64,000 nucleotides of DNA from Macrostomum lignano (lineage: Eukaryota), in assembly GCA_002269645.1 (NCBI GenBank), contig NIVC01002712.1, positions 83,582 through 147,581 of the forward strand. Reading direction: 5' to 3'. Positions 9,987 through 22,856 of the stretch are shown here, in pieces; positions within the stretch are counted from its first letter, which is position 1, and each line of letters starts with the position of its first letter. Both the position numbers and the translations under genes were made by a program. The notes beneath the pieces are model-generated. The model searched no databases. It was not told where the DNA came from and was given only the letters and a program-made list of their open reading frames with translations.

Positions 9987-10920
9987 CTCTCTCTCTCTCT
10001 CTGCTCTCTCCTGTCCTGTCCCATCTCTCTTCTTTCTAATCTCTCCCCTCTTTCCTCTCCTCTCTCGTCCTTTCCGCCAATTTCCCCTGTCCTCTCGATT
10101 CTCTTCCCTTCCCTCCTCTCTCCTCACTCACTTCTCATCTCTCCCTTGTCTCCACCTCTCACCTCATTTCTTATCTATCTCTCCTCTTTTCTCTCTACTC
10201 TCCCATCTCTCGTCTGTTCACTCTCGTTTCTGCTCTCTCATCTCCTTTCTCTCATCTGTCATCTTTACTCTTATATGTTCTCTCCGGTGTAGTCTTCTCT
10301 TTCCCCTCTTCTGACTCCTCTCTTTCCTTACTTCTCTTTCCTCTCCTCTACTCTCTCCCTCTATTCTCTTCTCTCGTCTTTGCACTCTGCTCTCTCTTCC
10401 TTCATCTTTCATCTCTATTCTTTCAGCTTTCCTTTCATCTCTCTCATCTCTTTCCTCTATCCTCCTCTTCCCTTTACTCTATCATCTCTCCTTTCTCCTC
10501 TCTTCTTTCGCAACTCGATCTCATCTCTCTCCTCTCTTCTCACTCCTCTCTCCCCCTCTTATCTCCTCTCTTCTCTATCCTTTCTAATCGCTCCTCTCAA
10601 TCCTCTCTCATCTCCTCTCTGTTCTCTCTTGTCTACTCATCTCTACTCTCTTCTCTACCCTCCTCTCTCATCTCCTCTCTGTTCTCTCATGTCTACTCAT
10701 GTCTACTCTCTTCTCACTCTTTTCTACCCTCCTCTCTCATCGATTCTGTCTCATCTCTTAACTCTTCTTTTTCCCTCTTCTCACCTCTACTCTTTCCTCT
10801 CCCTCCTCTATCCCTCCTTTCGCTTCTTCCTCCCATATTCTCTGCTTTCTCCTCACCCCCTCGTCTCTCTTATTATTTTCTATCTTCTCTCTGATCCTCC
10901 TCGCCCCTCCGCTCTTTCTA
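9340..10920. repeat. CT-rich low-complexity tract including a 19-bp tandem array (CTCTCTCCTCTTCTGCCCA, about 9660-9860)
   Basis: Directly visible. Confidence 0.9.
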
Positions 10921-11469
10921 ATAGTATATTCCTTCACCTTTTCATTCTCATATGGCCCGCAGCCATGAGCTTGATTCTTTATCTGGCCTTTGACGTAAAA
11001 AATCTGCCGATCCCTGCTTCGAAAGCCAGTTTGTGGGACATAGTACTATCATGGTTGTTATCATTTCTCATGCTTTAATCACGTCATTTTTCTGGTCAAT
11101 TAGCAGCCCTGAGAGGAATTTGTATATTTTCAGCTCCACCACAACAGTCTGCAGCAGTCTAACAACCATGGAAATACGCATTTCTTAGGAGGCCATTTAA
11201 ATTTTAAAGTACCTTATGCGAATCTTAATGTTAAAATTTTCATGGTGTAGGATTGCATTGTAATCAGTTATTCATTAATTTTTCGATATTTTTACAAACC
11301 ATGCCACATCGCCTTGATTTGCCATCCTTGTTTAACTGCTGCAGACTTGTCTATTCAGAGGACAGTGGTTTGAAATTGAATCTCTCGCTAAACTCTCTCC
11401 TCTCCACGCCTCTCCACTCGCGGGGGTACAGAGAAGGCTATTATTAAAAAGTTATTCCAAAACACTGTA

Positions 11470-12160
11470 CATTCGCTACATGTACATTGAGCCCTATCGC
11501 CTGACCCTTCGTCTGGGCTGGCGCTGGGGAAGTGAGCAGCCCAAACAACAGAAAAAGCAAACAAACTTCACATGCTTACAGTTTCCGTCCTGATTGAGAT
11601 ACAGAGTTGAGACTTTACATTTAAACAGAGAATGAGTCAATGAAGAATTGTGTCAAGTTTGAAGTTAATCGCTTCACATGGAGCAAACTTATGGCAGCCG
11701 AAAGTTAGTAGTTTTAAAACCTATTTACACCCTTTGCCCAGATCGGGAGAGGTTGGCGGGCGGAGGTTGGGGTGGCTGCCTCGCTGAAAAAACAGCCAAA
11801 CTTTAAAAGTGCACAGCACCGCTCAGGATTAACTTTGAGACTCGAAATTTTACATGATTGTGCCAAAATAGTTTAAGATTATCTGTGTCAAATTTAAAGA
11901 GAATCGGTAGAAGTGGAGCGGCGCTATGGAGCATTTAGTGAAAAAATCGCGCATTTTGAGAAGTTTTTTGCACTTTTAGGTAGGAAGACTCAAATTTAGG
12001 AAATTAAAAGGTAGCCTAAGACATTCTCCGTAGTAAGTTTAGGGTGGGTGTAAAGTTTGGTGTCATTTGGTTGAGCGGTTTGGGAGTCCATAGCGAACGA
12101 AATTGTCCACAGACACACACACAGACACACACACAGAGTTTTGATTTTTATATGTAGAGA
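11470..12160 (-). mobile_element. Interspersed repeat copy B (empty site); possibly a non-autonomous Helitron-like element
   Basis: Uninterrupted homolog of 1-453 plus 8907-9083. The minus strand begins TC...ATATAAAAAT followed by a TG/TC microsatellite, with an imperfect GC hairpin near 11500. There is no clear CTRR end, so the class is tentative. Confidence 0.5.
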
Positions 12161-12794
12161 TTATGTTACAAATGAGTAAGGAGCATGTGTACATGTACAG
12201 GTGCTGACAGAGGGCTACTAATGCGCTTGGAATCAACTTCGACACGACCCCGTAGTGGCCTACACGAGTTCGACCTAGAGAAAGCCTAAAGTAAGTACTC
12301 TAAAACATGTCATCCTTTGACTGTGGCCAAACAAATCAGTCAGTTGAGTCGAGCTCGAAGTGACGGCGGGCTCACTCGGACACGACCGGATCATGTATCC
12401 CTGTACGCCGGAACAAATTCAGGCGTCAAGGACTGACTTTGTACGCCAGTGTACGCCAGCCAGATTCCAGTTTTACGCCAGTAGAGCGACCGGGGGGGTG
12501 GGGGTGTACCACTGCGGATCCGACAACAAAGGATTAATTTAGGATCCTAACCCTAACCCCCTAACCCTAAATATGTTTCTTTCACTTTTCACAGTATTTG
12601 CCATAACTTAAGATTCATATGGCATTTTTATTATACTTAAAAATCTTTTTTTAAATTGGCAACTGGCATGGGGAAATGAAGTTGCCAGATTGGCTTCTGA
12701 TGCCAAAAATCCAATTGCCAATGACATTTTCAAGGGGCCAAGAAACCCCATATGGCCCAAAAAATAAATCCAGGTGACAAAACTGTTAAAAGTG

Positions 12795-15700
12795 TTAAGT
12801 AGCCTCGGGTGCCGCGCCGACGAAGTCGCACTTCGAGGTCTCCTTCTTGCGCCTGTCGAGTACCTTGCTGACCGTGTAGGTCGTAGCACGCCCGCTCGTA
12901 AAAAAAGGTAACCGGTGCCTCCGGCCGGGGGTGTCGCCGTAGCCTTTTAGATACAGCGGAACGGCATCGTCCAGCAGGCGCTCGCACGCGTCGCTGCCTA
13001 GCGGCGGCAGCATCCAGCGGAGCCTGGTCCGCAGCTGCAGGGTGTCGTTAGACTGACGACCATGCTGCTGCTGGGACCGCATCGTCGCATAGAAGGACTC
13101 CGCGATGGCCTCTGAAAAAGCATATGGTTTTTAGGGTGCTGCCTTTACAAAAGGGTACCAAAACAATAAGCTAATAAGGGACTTAGTCATTGATCATAGA
13201 TCATTTTTCTTATTTCTTTAAGTCGCAGTGCCGCATATTGTTACACTGAATTCCACGTTAGCCAACTGTTACGGATCCGTACTAAAACGAAATACTTCTG
13301 ACCATGGGAACTTAGTGCAGTGCAATGCGCGCATGTATCGGTTAGCTACTGTAAGCCAAAATAATGAAAACTGCAAAGTCTCACTCACCAGTGCCGCCCC
13401 GATTGAGCGCAGTCTAGCAGCGCACACGACTGCTGGCCGGCGCGGCGGAACACGCGGGGATCGACATAAAATGACTTTATAACTTTCTCCTCGTTGAGGG
13501 TAGTGGTGAAGTCCACCCCGGCATCCGTCTTGCCTGCCAGCCGCAGCTTCATATCCGCTGGGCTGCGCGCCGGGGCCAGGCGCAGCTGCGAAATAGGGCC
13601 CTCGACATCGGGCTCTAGCCAGCCCTCCCGGCCCTCTCCAGAGCAAATGACCTGATGGTGTGGTACAGGTTTTGTGGGTCCAATCATCCAATGTGCCTTT
13701 TGATAGCCCCGAGGTGCGTGGAAAAATACCTGACTATTATAAAAGGGGTAGTCAAATGTCCTGACTGTCTGAATCACCATGCAATAAGCGTACAAACATA
13801 GTCATAGTAAAGGCTTTGAATTGGTATGCTAGGTTCTTACTTCTTGCCTATGTCGGTTATATTGCACACATTTAGTATTGCGCGTCAAGCATATATGCAA
13901 GTATTTCACGCTAGGTACTTTAGTACGTTTGCTAACATTTCAGGCTTTCGATATAGGAAGTACCAATCCATAACAATACGCTTACGTGGTGGATGGTGTC
14001 CACGTAGCCTTCCACGTACTTTCTCGCCAAACAGGGGTCCAAATCGGAGAGGCAGGAAAATTGGCTGGCCTGCTGGACGAGGCACTCGGCTGCCGGCGAT
14101 CGGCAAAACTGCTCAACGGCCCGGTCCATAGCGGCTTTTGTCGGGGCTGCCAGCAGTTCGACAGCCTCTACGGGGTCCATTGAGGCGCAGTCGACAAGGC
14201 TGGAGTGGAGGCAACGGTCCATCCGAGAAACCAACGCGCGATGAAGGGCCGCGGCCAGAGCCACCATCTGCGCCTCCATGTCCTAGATGATGGGGAAAAG
14301 ATATGGTGGCTACCTGCGTGGCTGCCTTCCAATGTGGCAGCTGGGTGTCCTGTGCAAAAGATTATTGGACAGTAGAACTTGAGATTTGCTGCTTAGAAAA
14401 GTCAGAGTACTGATTTCTCCTTGCTCGCATAACTGTAACCCATGAGGCCTAGCAATATAAATCCCAAATGCATCTGTACTAATCTAGTAGGAGCCTTTAA
14501 TATTAAAAATATGCAATTCGGCCCAAATGGTACCTGCGCGAGCGTCATCAGAGCGCAAACTGGGGCCAAGAGGTCCAGCATACACAGCAGGTCAAACACG
14601 AAATCGCTCCCAAAAAGCTCATATTGAAGAGGTGCATTGTCGGAGCAATCGAAGCCCTCCTCCTCAAATGCAGCGTAGAGCTCGGAATACGCATCCTCGA
14701 TGGTCTTCCACTGGGTGATGGCGGAGCTGAGGAAGCGCTGCATGGCGAAGCTCGAAACTGCGCGCGCTGTGCCCTCCGAGACGGCCTTGATTACGGTGGG
14801 AGGAATAAACTCCTTTATATACATGCATATACTATACATATGCGTGCGTTAAAATGTCCAGTGCGAGTTTACATGATTCTTAACGCAAAAGAGAACCGTT
14901 GCTTACCTCAAGAGCAGCGAATCCTCGACCTCGACCGAAGTGGTGCGAGAACAGGTTCGCCCGGTGCACGAACCGCTTCATAGTAGTGGCCTCCGGTCCG
15001 CTGCCGCTGCGGACGTCGGTAATAGCCAAATTGATGAAATGGGCGACATCCCAGACGATGGGGATGTCCTTGTTGCCCCCCGACGTGGACAGGGTTTGGG
15101 CGACGGCCGTCTTGAAAGGCTCGGACTGGTACTGTCCATCTGCCACAATAGAAACAAGCCGACCAAGTGGGGCGTTGAGCTTGGCGAGGCAGCCGAATAG
15201 GCGGTTCGCGAGAACGGGACCTGTCATGTTGTGGAATTAAGGGCGGGCACGACCAGTACTTACAGGTCTTATCCCATAATGTCTTAAGGATGTAGGCTGC
15301 CCCACAATCTTAGTCTTAAGAATATATGGCATTAAACAGTCCTACCTGAGCCGTCCATGTCATCCTGGTATACAGCTGGCGCCCCAGCTGGGATGGAAAT
15401 GGCATTCCCCGTAGTTGAGCGACACAGGAGGAGGACGGCCTGGTTGGTCACTCGTCCAGGCGTGCTTTTGTCGCATGTAACGCAAAAAATGGGGGGCGTC
15501 CAGTTGACGGCAGCGGCTGCTGCAGGAATTTCGTTGTGGTCTTGTCCAGACAGACGTCGAACAAGTCCCAGAGCTCACGGCCGAAATCCCTGAGTGGAAA
15601 CAGACAGCAGAGGTAGGGTAGACGGCCGAATATTACGAAAAAATAGACATTTGACGTTGCACTCACTTTCCGTGGCAGATCTGACCCACGTCGCACTTGC

Positions 15701-16688
15701 ATGCCGACAGCAGACAGACCATTGTTTCGAAGTGGTATGCACCGGTTGTCGTCTCAATGCCTGCGATGGAACAGCGCAGGAGGTTGCGAACGATCTCCGA
15801 TCCTCGCCGGTCTCGCTCGTCTAACAGCCGACAGTGGGTCACTGCTCGGTGGTGCTCTTTACAGCAGTGGACGTGCTGTGCCACGTTGTATCGGAAACGG
15901 GCGAAAGCCTTGGTGTCGGTTGGCAGGGTTGTCATACGCTCCTCAGGGATTCGAATCCCGGTGGCCAACATCCCGTTACCTAGGGGATTTCTGCATGTGA
16001 TGGGGTTTATTTTTTTGTGCGAATGGTATTGACTATGTGTATTATCCTTAACACTTTAGCTCCCCACTGTATGCTTTTAGTGGATAAAAACTGAACTGAA
16101 TTGATTTGGTCTTAGAAATTCTTACAAATATGCCAATGTCGGAATAAAGGCAGTCTAAATAACCCTCAAACGAAACACTCATCCACATGCAAAAGGCAAG
16201 AAACGTATGAAACTCACATGGAGCAATGAGCGTCGGCGATTGAGCATCGGCTAGGGAGTTTACCCTGTCTCCTCCGCTCCTCCATCTTCAGGCGCATGCA
16301 CGGCACGCAGTATATCACTGTGGCTTCACTGCATGGGACCGAATCCAGGTGTTCGTGGGTGAGCAGGTCCTCGAGGCTTTTGGCGTCAGCGCAATTGAAC
16401 TTCCCCGCGGCGCCTGCATAGCAAATGAGATTGTGAAAGAGTAATAGTTACTTTTGGCCCTTATCCCAGACTTGTCAAAACAGCCTGATACCCATTTAGT
16501 AGCCAGAAACTAGATACTAAATGGAAAAGTAAAGTATACAAGAAAGAGGCATTTAAAGTCCCTGAATGCTACCCACCTGTAATCCTCGCTGCAGCTGCAC
16601 TGCTGTCATCGCGACTGCTAGATGCACTGCCCTGCTTCTGCAGCAGGCTGTTTAACATCACCGAATGCTTGGCCTGGTGTTGCGCCAT
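12795..16688 (-). pseudogene. Multi-exon hAT-superfamily transposase (ZNF862/ZMYM1-like), frameshifted
   Basis: Spliced model MAQHQAKH... (ATG 16688) with a YCVPC zinc-finger half and AYHFETMVCLLSACKCDVGQICHG. Catalytic-type motifs are CVTCDKST, SIVADGQYQ, WDVAHFINLAITD and GGT|EAIAESFYA. GT-AG phases fit, with frameshifts near 15485 and 13405. Confidence 0.8.
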
Positions 16689-17487
16689 TTGAAAATTGCG
16701 TTTTTCGCTCTAATGACTCTCTTTATCGTGCTTATTAGCAGTGATCTTCAAATTGCAATATATAATATATTGTTAGTATCGGCTTGTGTGTGCGTCGGTG
16801 CTGTCTTTGGCCAAACCCATAGAGTTGTAATGAGCAAAGGCAGCGCTAAAGAATAAATAAAAAAGAACGAAAGAAGGCAAAGTAAGCCGCGAGAGCATGC
16901 AGCTTGATTGTCAAGTGAAAGTGATTCAATAATCGACTCCGAGCTAACACTATTGAATAAAGTAAATATATTACACCATGATCACAGGGTAAGAGCTTGT
17001 GGGCCACACCTGCATAGAGTTTTTGCTTGTACACAGTGCCGTAAGCGATGGAAAATATCTACACATTAACAATACATATAGCTATAGTAAATTGTACCTT
17101 GGACATAAATGTATCTAGCTATAGATACTGTACACCAACATGTGTGTTACTGTATGCTAAAGTACTGTATATGCAAAAACTGCACTTGGAAATCGTCAAA
17201 ATCATTTATAATTTTTGTCCTTTTTTACTCGTAGACATTTGATAATGTTTTAGCATTATCAGCTGTAAGGCCATAGTTCAGGTAGCTCAGGCAGCTGTAG
17301 TTCAGGTAGTTAAATTTAAACTTATCTATACACACAACTTTCAGTCTTAATGGCTGGTAGTGGCAGTATATGGTATATAAGTTATATATTTACTCGTACG
17401 AATCAAAGCAGCTCAAATCGGAATCAAAACACAGCAAATAACATGCAACAGCTACGAGAGCAAGGCAGCTAACAAAATTACTGCTTG

Positions 17488-17622
17488 CAGATTTCGGCTA
17501 GCAAACTTCGGCTAGCAAACTTCGGCTAGCACATTTCGGCTAGCAAACTTTGGCTAGCAGATTTCGGCAAGCAAATTTCTCGCTAGCAAACTTCGGCTAG
17601 CAGATTTCCTGCTAGCAAATTT
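17488..17622. repeat. 14-bp tandem array (GCTAGCAAACTTCG-like)
   Basis: About 9-10 degenerate copies. Confidence 0.85.
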
Positions 17623-18471
17623 CATAGACCCCAATTTTGTGCGCCACAGTATGCCAAAAAAGTACGCCATACGCGTGGTTGTGACATTGTGTTACTTGTG
17701 TACGCCAATAGTGTACGCCAACAAAGTGCGCCAGGGGTTGTGTACGCCGATTGTGTACGCCAAGGACTTGGGGCGGCCGTTTTGTACGCCGGAAAAGTTC
17801 CGGCGTACATGCATACCATCCGCAACCTGGGACACGAGTGGATCATTGCACCAACAGGGGCGGCCGAACTGCTGGTTGCTGACAATCTCGAAACCGCTGC
17901 TCTCCACCTGCCTGCACGGCCTCCGGGCTGGTGCGTCGAACCCTGGCCACTGCTTCGTCGATGGTGAGCTGGGTGCACTCTCGGATCAGCTCGGGCTGCA
18001 GTTGATCAGCATGTTTGCTGCTGATACATTCGTATGACCCAACAACTCAAACGGAACTTTTGGAGTGTTTCTTTTACGATTAAGATTCATAATATTCAGA
18101 TTCCCGTTAGCGGTTTCTTTCATTTTCAGACAATTTCTTGAAACAACATTCAATTTACGCTTTATTATTATTTTTTGACATCACAGCGTACACGACGCGA
18201 CCTTCTTAGTCATTTCTTAGTTCACCTTCACTTGTCTCTGTTTTCTCTCCCCTCTCTGTCTTAGTTCAGTCTCGATATTTTTCTCTCTCCCTCGCAGCTC
18301 TCTGATTGGCTCTTTGACCTCGCCTCTTTCTTTGTCGGGCAATCCACCCCTTCTTGTCTTATCTACACTTAACCTCCCTAATTAAATGCCTTAGACATAC
18401 TCATTCAGGCCCGGCGCCGCACTGGCCGTTTTGTTCATTTTTAATTCTAATTAAATAGTTTATTTATTTCG

Positions 18472-21400
18472 CTACAGTACATGAAAGACGGCAATGCTAC
18501 TCACGTCCTTCGCCAGCAGGGCCCAAATCGCTTGAAAGTCGTTAATCTGATCGGCCATGGTCCCAGCACCTCTGTGGATTAGTTTGGCTTTCAGTTGCGT
18601 GTCCCGACAGAATTCCAGCGTTGTCAAAACCTCCTGAGAATCGTGACTCTGCAAAGAGTCTTCGAACCATACAGCCGATGTTGAAGTGTTGACAATACTT
18701 TGATCAAGGCAGAGAAACTTGAACAGGGCGTTGAAGTTCAAGTAGTACACGTTGACGTACAGTATGCACTTGGGGAAGAGCTGTCTTGCATATTCGGGAA
18801 GCATGGAAAGTTGCAGAGGCTTGTTGAAGACAAAGCAGAACATCCAAGCGGAGTCAACACTTTCTAGGTGCCTTTTGACGCTTTCCTTCAACAACTCGGG
18901 GTCTGACGATGGGTCGTTCACGGATATTGGTACTCCCTTGGAAACCTGGTGTCCGAGACAAGCGCGCAAGATCTTCTTGGCTTCATCATTTTTCCCGAGA
19001 TCCAATACAGCCAACGCTTTCAGCGTTTCCCGCGCGATGCGAGCAAAGTCAGGAATCTTGGAGAGATTGCGCAGCAGGTCGCGATGGCCAACATCTCGAC
19101 TCTCGGCACTGGATAAACTGAGTAGGGCATCCCGCACTGCCGTGTAAACTTCGTAGTAGTACAGTGGCGTGTCCCGTGAGTAGTTCAGAGATGGCGGCAA
19201 AGGATCTGGTACCAGCATGAACGGGTGAAACACCAAATTGCCTCCACCAACCAGAGGTTGCAGCTGATCCTTGAACTGTCTCAAATAGCCAATGAGGTTT
19301 GCCTCAATCGCCGCCACAGTCTCCGCAATTTGGCTTTTCTCGTTGTAATCAATTTTTAAATAAAGCGGCGCGTCACGAAAGAAGAAGTGGCTCATGCACT
19401 TTGAGGACTGAGGCTCTTGCAGTAAGGCCGTTCGCAGCATTTCAAGAGCGATCCGGACTATCTTGATGAAATTTTCAACCTTCCAGTCATCGCGCGGTAT
19501 CTTGTCAAGCAGTTGAAACATCAATGTCTTCGCGTGGTAAGACCTCAGGCCTATGGCTCTTTTGCTAATCTCTTCTTTCACCAGGTCTTTAATCACGCTG
19601 TACACCTGTCCCTGAACAGTAGTCATGCTACGCAGAAGCCGATTCTCAAGAAATGCTGCACTGCCTCTACATTGTTTACCTTCCTCACCTGGCGGAGCTG
19701 CCTTGACAACGTGACACGGATAGTTCTTCAAGTCGCATTTGAGCTGTTCGATGATGTCTTGAGGAATCTGGGTAGTGTATCCCGGCTCGAGTAGTTGGAT
19801 TCGAGGATAGGTGCATAGCTTGAATGCCTGCACAAGGTCAGTTGCTGGCCTTAGAAAAGAAAATCCTTCCCACGACTGGGCCGGCTTGGAAGCTGAGGGA
19901 TTGATTTGAAATAAGCTTAATGAATTGGGACAAAACGAATCACTGAATGCCCCAGTGGCGTACGCAGCGAGGGAGGGAAAGGGGCCGCCCTAATATAAAG
20001 TTCACTCATTTTAAAACGAAATAAAAAGGTAACTAGAATCAATTAACAACAGGAGCTCAACTTTGCAACCTCTTGGACCATCCACCGATCTCACCCTGTT
20101 TGCCCACCAAGAGACAGAGGCACCCACCAAGAGGCAGGGACGACCACCAAGAGACAGGGGCAACCATCAAGAAACAGGGGCGACCACCAAGAAACAGGGG
20201 CGACCACCAAGAGATAGTGGCGCCCACCAGGACACCAAATATCGGTACCCTTAGGGTTGCAGCTCCTCCAAGTCTAAAATTTCCGCGTACCCCACTGGAG
20301 TGCTCAAAATCGGCATGCGACTCACTTATTCCAGAGATGCATAAATGACCTTGGAAATACTCAAAAGTGTTGTGTTCATCGTGTTTACGCATAGCAGCTG
20401 CAACCAATGAATGTTGGGCATCGATTGTGCACTGACATTGTTCTTTGATGTGGAATAATGCCGTGCGGTTCAAATCAACTATGTCCACATCTGATTTCAA
20501 ATCCGTGGTGCCATTCATTCTTGAACGGTTGTTGCCCCAACACTCGGCGTAACTTCCCACTATATAGATGCTTTCACTTTTCCACCTGGCTCGTAGGATG
20601 TCCTGCTCACAATTTACAACCGCTGCCATCACGCGGGCTCTGTCCGTCACGAACCCTGCTGCATTCATGGCTTCGTGCAGCTCTTGGCTGAAGGCTCTTT
20701 CGTCGAAACTGAAATTTTTCAATGAGATTGATTTACAAAAAGTCCTACTATAGTAACTCTAACAGTGCGACTGTAAAACAAATGTACCTTAAAAAGCATG
20801 CAATCACACCATGACTAATTCCAATCACACACTATGACTAATTCCAATCACACACTATGACTAATTCCAATCACACACTATGACTAATTCCAATCACACA
20901 CCATGACTAATTCCAATCACACACCATGACTAATTCCAATCACACACCATGACTAATTCCAATCACACACCATGACTAATTCCAATCACACACCATGACT
21001 AATTCCAATCACACACCATGACTAATTCCAATCACAGACCATGACTAATTCCAATCACACACCATGACTAATTCTAATCACACAACATGACTAATTCCAA
21101 TCATATACCATGACTAATTCCAATCACACACTATGACTAATTCCAATCACACACTATGACTAATTCCAATCACAGACTATGACAAAGCACAATGGCACTA
21201 GATGTACCACTAATTGTAAAAGGAACCAAACGTACTTTTGAAACCAGTCCAACTCGCAATCTCCTGTCTTGGTCAATAAAAAGGCTGAAAAGTCCATAAG
21301 TGTGATGTTAATGCGGTATAAATATTTCACAAAATGCTATAAAACTGACAGTTTCCGTACCCAAGTATGGCTCCTTATAGGACACCAACTGAGCCAAGAT

Positions 21401-22171
21401 GTTTGTAAGGCCAAAAAATACCGCCAGGCGCACCGGCGTAAAGCCGAATACATTGCATTGATTTGGATTGCATCCGGAATTCAAAAGATGAGACACCACA
21501 TCCTGATTTCCAGCGGTCACCGCATAGTGCAGCGGACTCGATCCGCTATTGTCCAGAGCAACGACGTTGGCGCCTGCACTAATAAGATCACAGACAGCTA
21601 GCTTGGCGCCACACCTGGCAGCGATGTGGAGCGGTGTCTGTCCTACTAGAGTTCGGAGATCAATGTTGGCTTGTGCGCCTTGATGCCCTATTAGCATATT
21701 CAATGCTTTACTGCTTCGATTTCGCATTGCTGCTTCATGCAGAGGCGACCAGCCATCCGCATCCTGATAGTTGCTATCGGCACGATAGTCAAGAAGGAGC
21801 TTCACGCAATCCACGTGACCATTGCCAGCTGAGGCATGCAACGGTGTCCTGCCAATGCCATTAGGCAGATTCGGGTTCGCACCATTCTTCAGCAGGATCC
21901 AAACTGTTGCCGCGTGTCCGTTCCAGGCCGCCCGGTGGAGTGGCGATGTTTGAATTGCGTCAATCGCGTTTACCTCGGCGCGGTGGCGAATAAGCAGTTC
22001 GGACATTGCGGCGTAGCCAAGCCAAGCAGAGTCTGTCAGTGCCGTCCTGCCTCTGTCATCCGGACTGTTTACTTTCAAATTGCCATTTTTCAGTTGCCAA
22101 TTGACATCCCAAATTTTAAAATTCCTAACATTGTCTCGAAAAATCAGCTGGTCAGAATCTGTCGTGGACAT
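18472..22171 (-). CDS. ANK-cGLR paralog 1: ankyrin repeats fused to a Mab-21/cGAS-like nucleotidyltransferase, predicted 887 aa
   Basis: Exons 22171-21361, 21284-21236, 20708-20326 and 19892-18472 are all GT-AG with matching phases (1, 2, 1) and sum to 2664 nt. About 7 ANK repeats (TALTDSAW, SPLHRAA, TPLHASA...). NTase motifs GSYAECWGN...SDVD and TDLVQAF, and the Mab-21 motif SYHAKTLMF. Confidence 0.85.
20085..20230. repeat. 20-bp tandem array (CCACCAAGAGACAGGGGCGA-like) in a cGLR1 intron
   Basis: About 7 degenerate copies. Confidence 0.8.
20803..21183. repeat. 23-bp tandem array (CCATGACTAATTCCAATCACACA) in an ANK-cGLR1 intron
   Basis: About 16 copies. Confidence 0.9.
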
Positions 22172-22494
22172 TTTGACTTTGACTAGAATTCTCAGGAATC
22201 AGCGGACCTGAAACCGGTTTAATTAGGTCTTGTCAAAAAAATCAGGTTTGGAGCAAATGACTCATGAGGATTTACTTACGATTTCAGCAAGATGCGTTCC
22301 AGAGGCCAGATGCTTGAATTTAGACCCAACGTTCCGCATGAAAACTTGGGGCAACTGTGAGTCTTCCTTCCTAGGCTGGAAATGCAAGCAATTTGAAATT
22401 AAAAATGTTTTCCCTTGGTGTCCCCTACTGATAGGGTCTACATAAATTGCGCTCCTCCAAAAGCCAAAGCTTGGAAGAGTTAGGGGTAGGGGCG

Positions 22495-22856
22495 ACCACC
22501 AAGAGACATTGACGCCCACCAAGAGTCATGACATCCACAAAGAGACATGATACCCACCAAGAGACATGACATCCACCAAGAGACATGACATCCACCAAGA
22601 GACATGACATCCACCAAGAGACATGATACCCACCAAGAGACATGACATCCACCAAGAGACATGACATCCACCAAGAGACATGACATCCACCAAGAGACAT
22701 GACATCCACCAAGAGACATGACGCCCACCAAGAGACATGACATCCACCAATAGACATGACGCCCACCAAGAGACATGACATACACCAATAGACATGACGC
22801 CCACCAAGAGACATGATACCCACCAAGAGGCAGGGACAACCACCAAGAGACAGACA
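22495..22856. repeat. 19-bp tandem array (CCACCAAGAGACATGACAT)
   Basis: About 18 copies; shares the CCACCAAGAG core with 20085-20230. Confidence 0.9.

Noticed and set aside
9325-11078. Ser/Leu-rich or Arg/Glu-rich ORFs
   Set aside because: Artefacts of CT/GA low complexity; the same applies to the ORFs at 43.2-44.0, 27.4-28.2, 34.7-35.3, 46.5-47.0 and 22.4-22.9 kb.
12545-12572. Interstitial telomere or chromosome fusion site
   Set aside because: Only about 3 imperfect TAACCC units.
12592-17012. TIR pair for the hAT element (CAGTATTTGCC / GGCCACACCTG)
   Set aside because: Only 7 of 11 positions match and the flanks show no 8-bp TSD.
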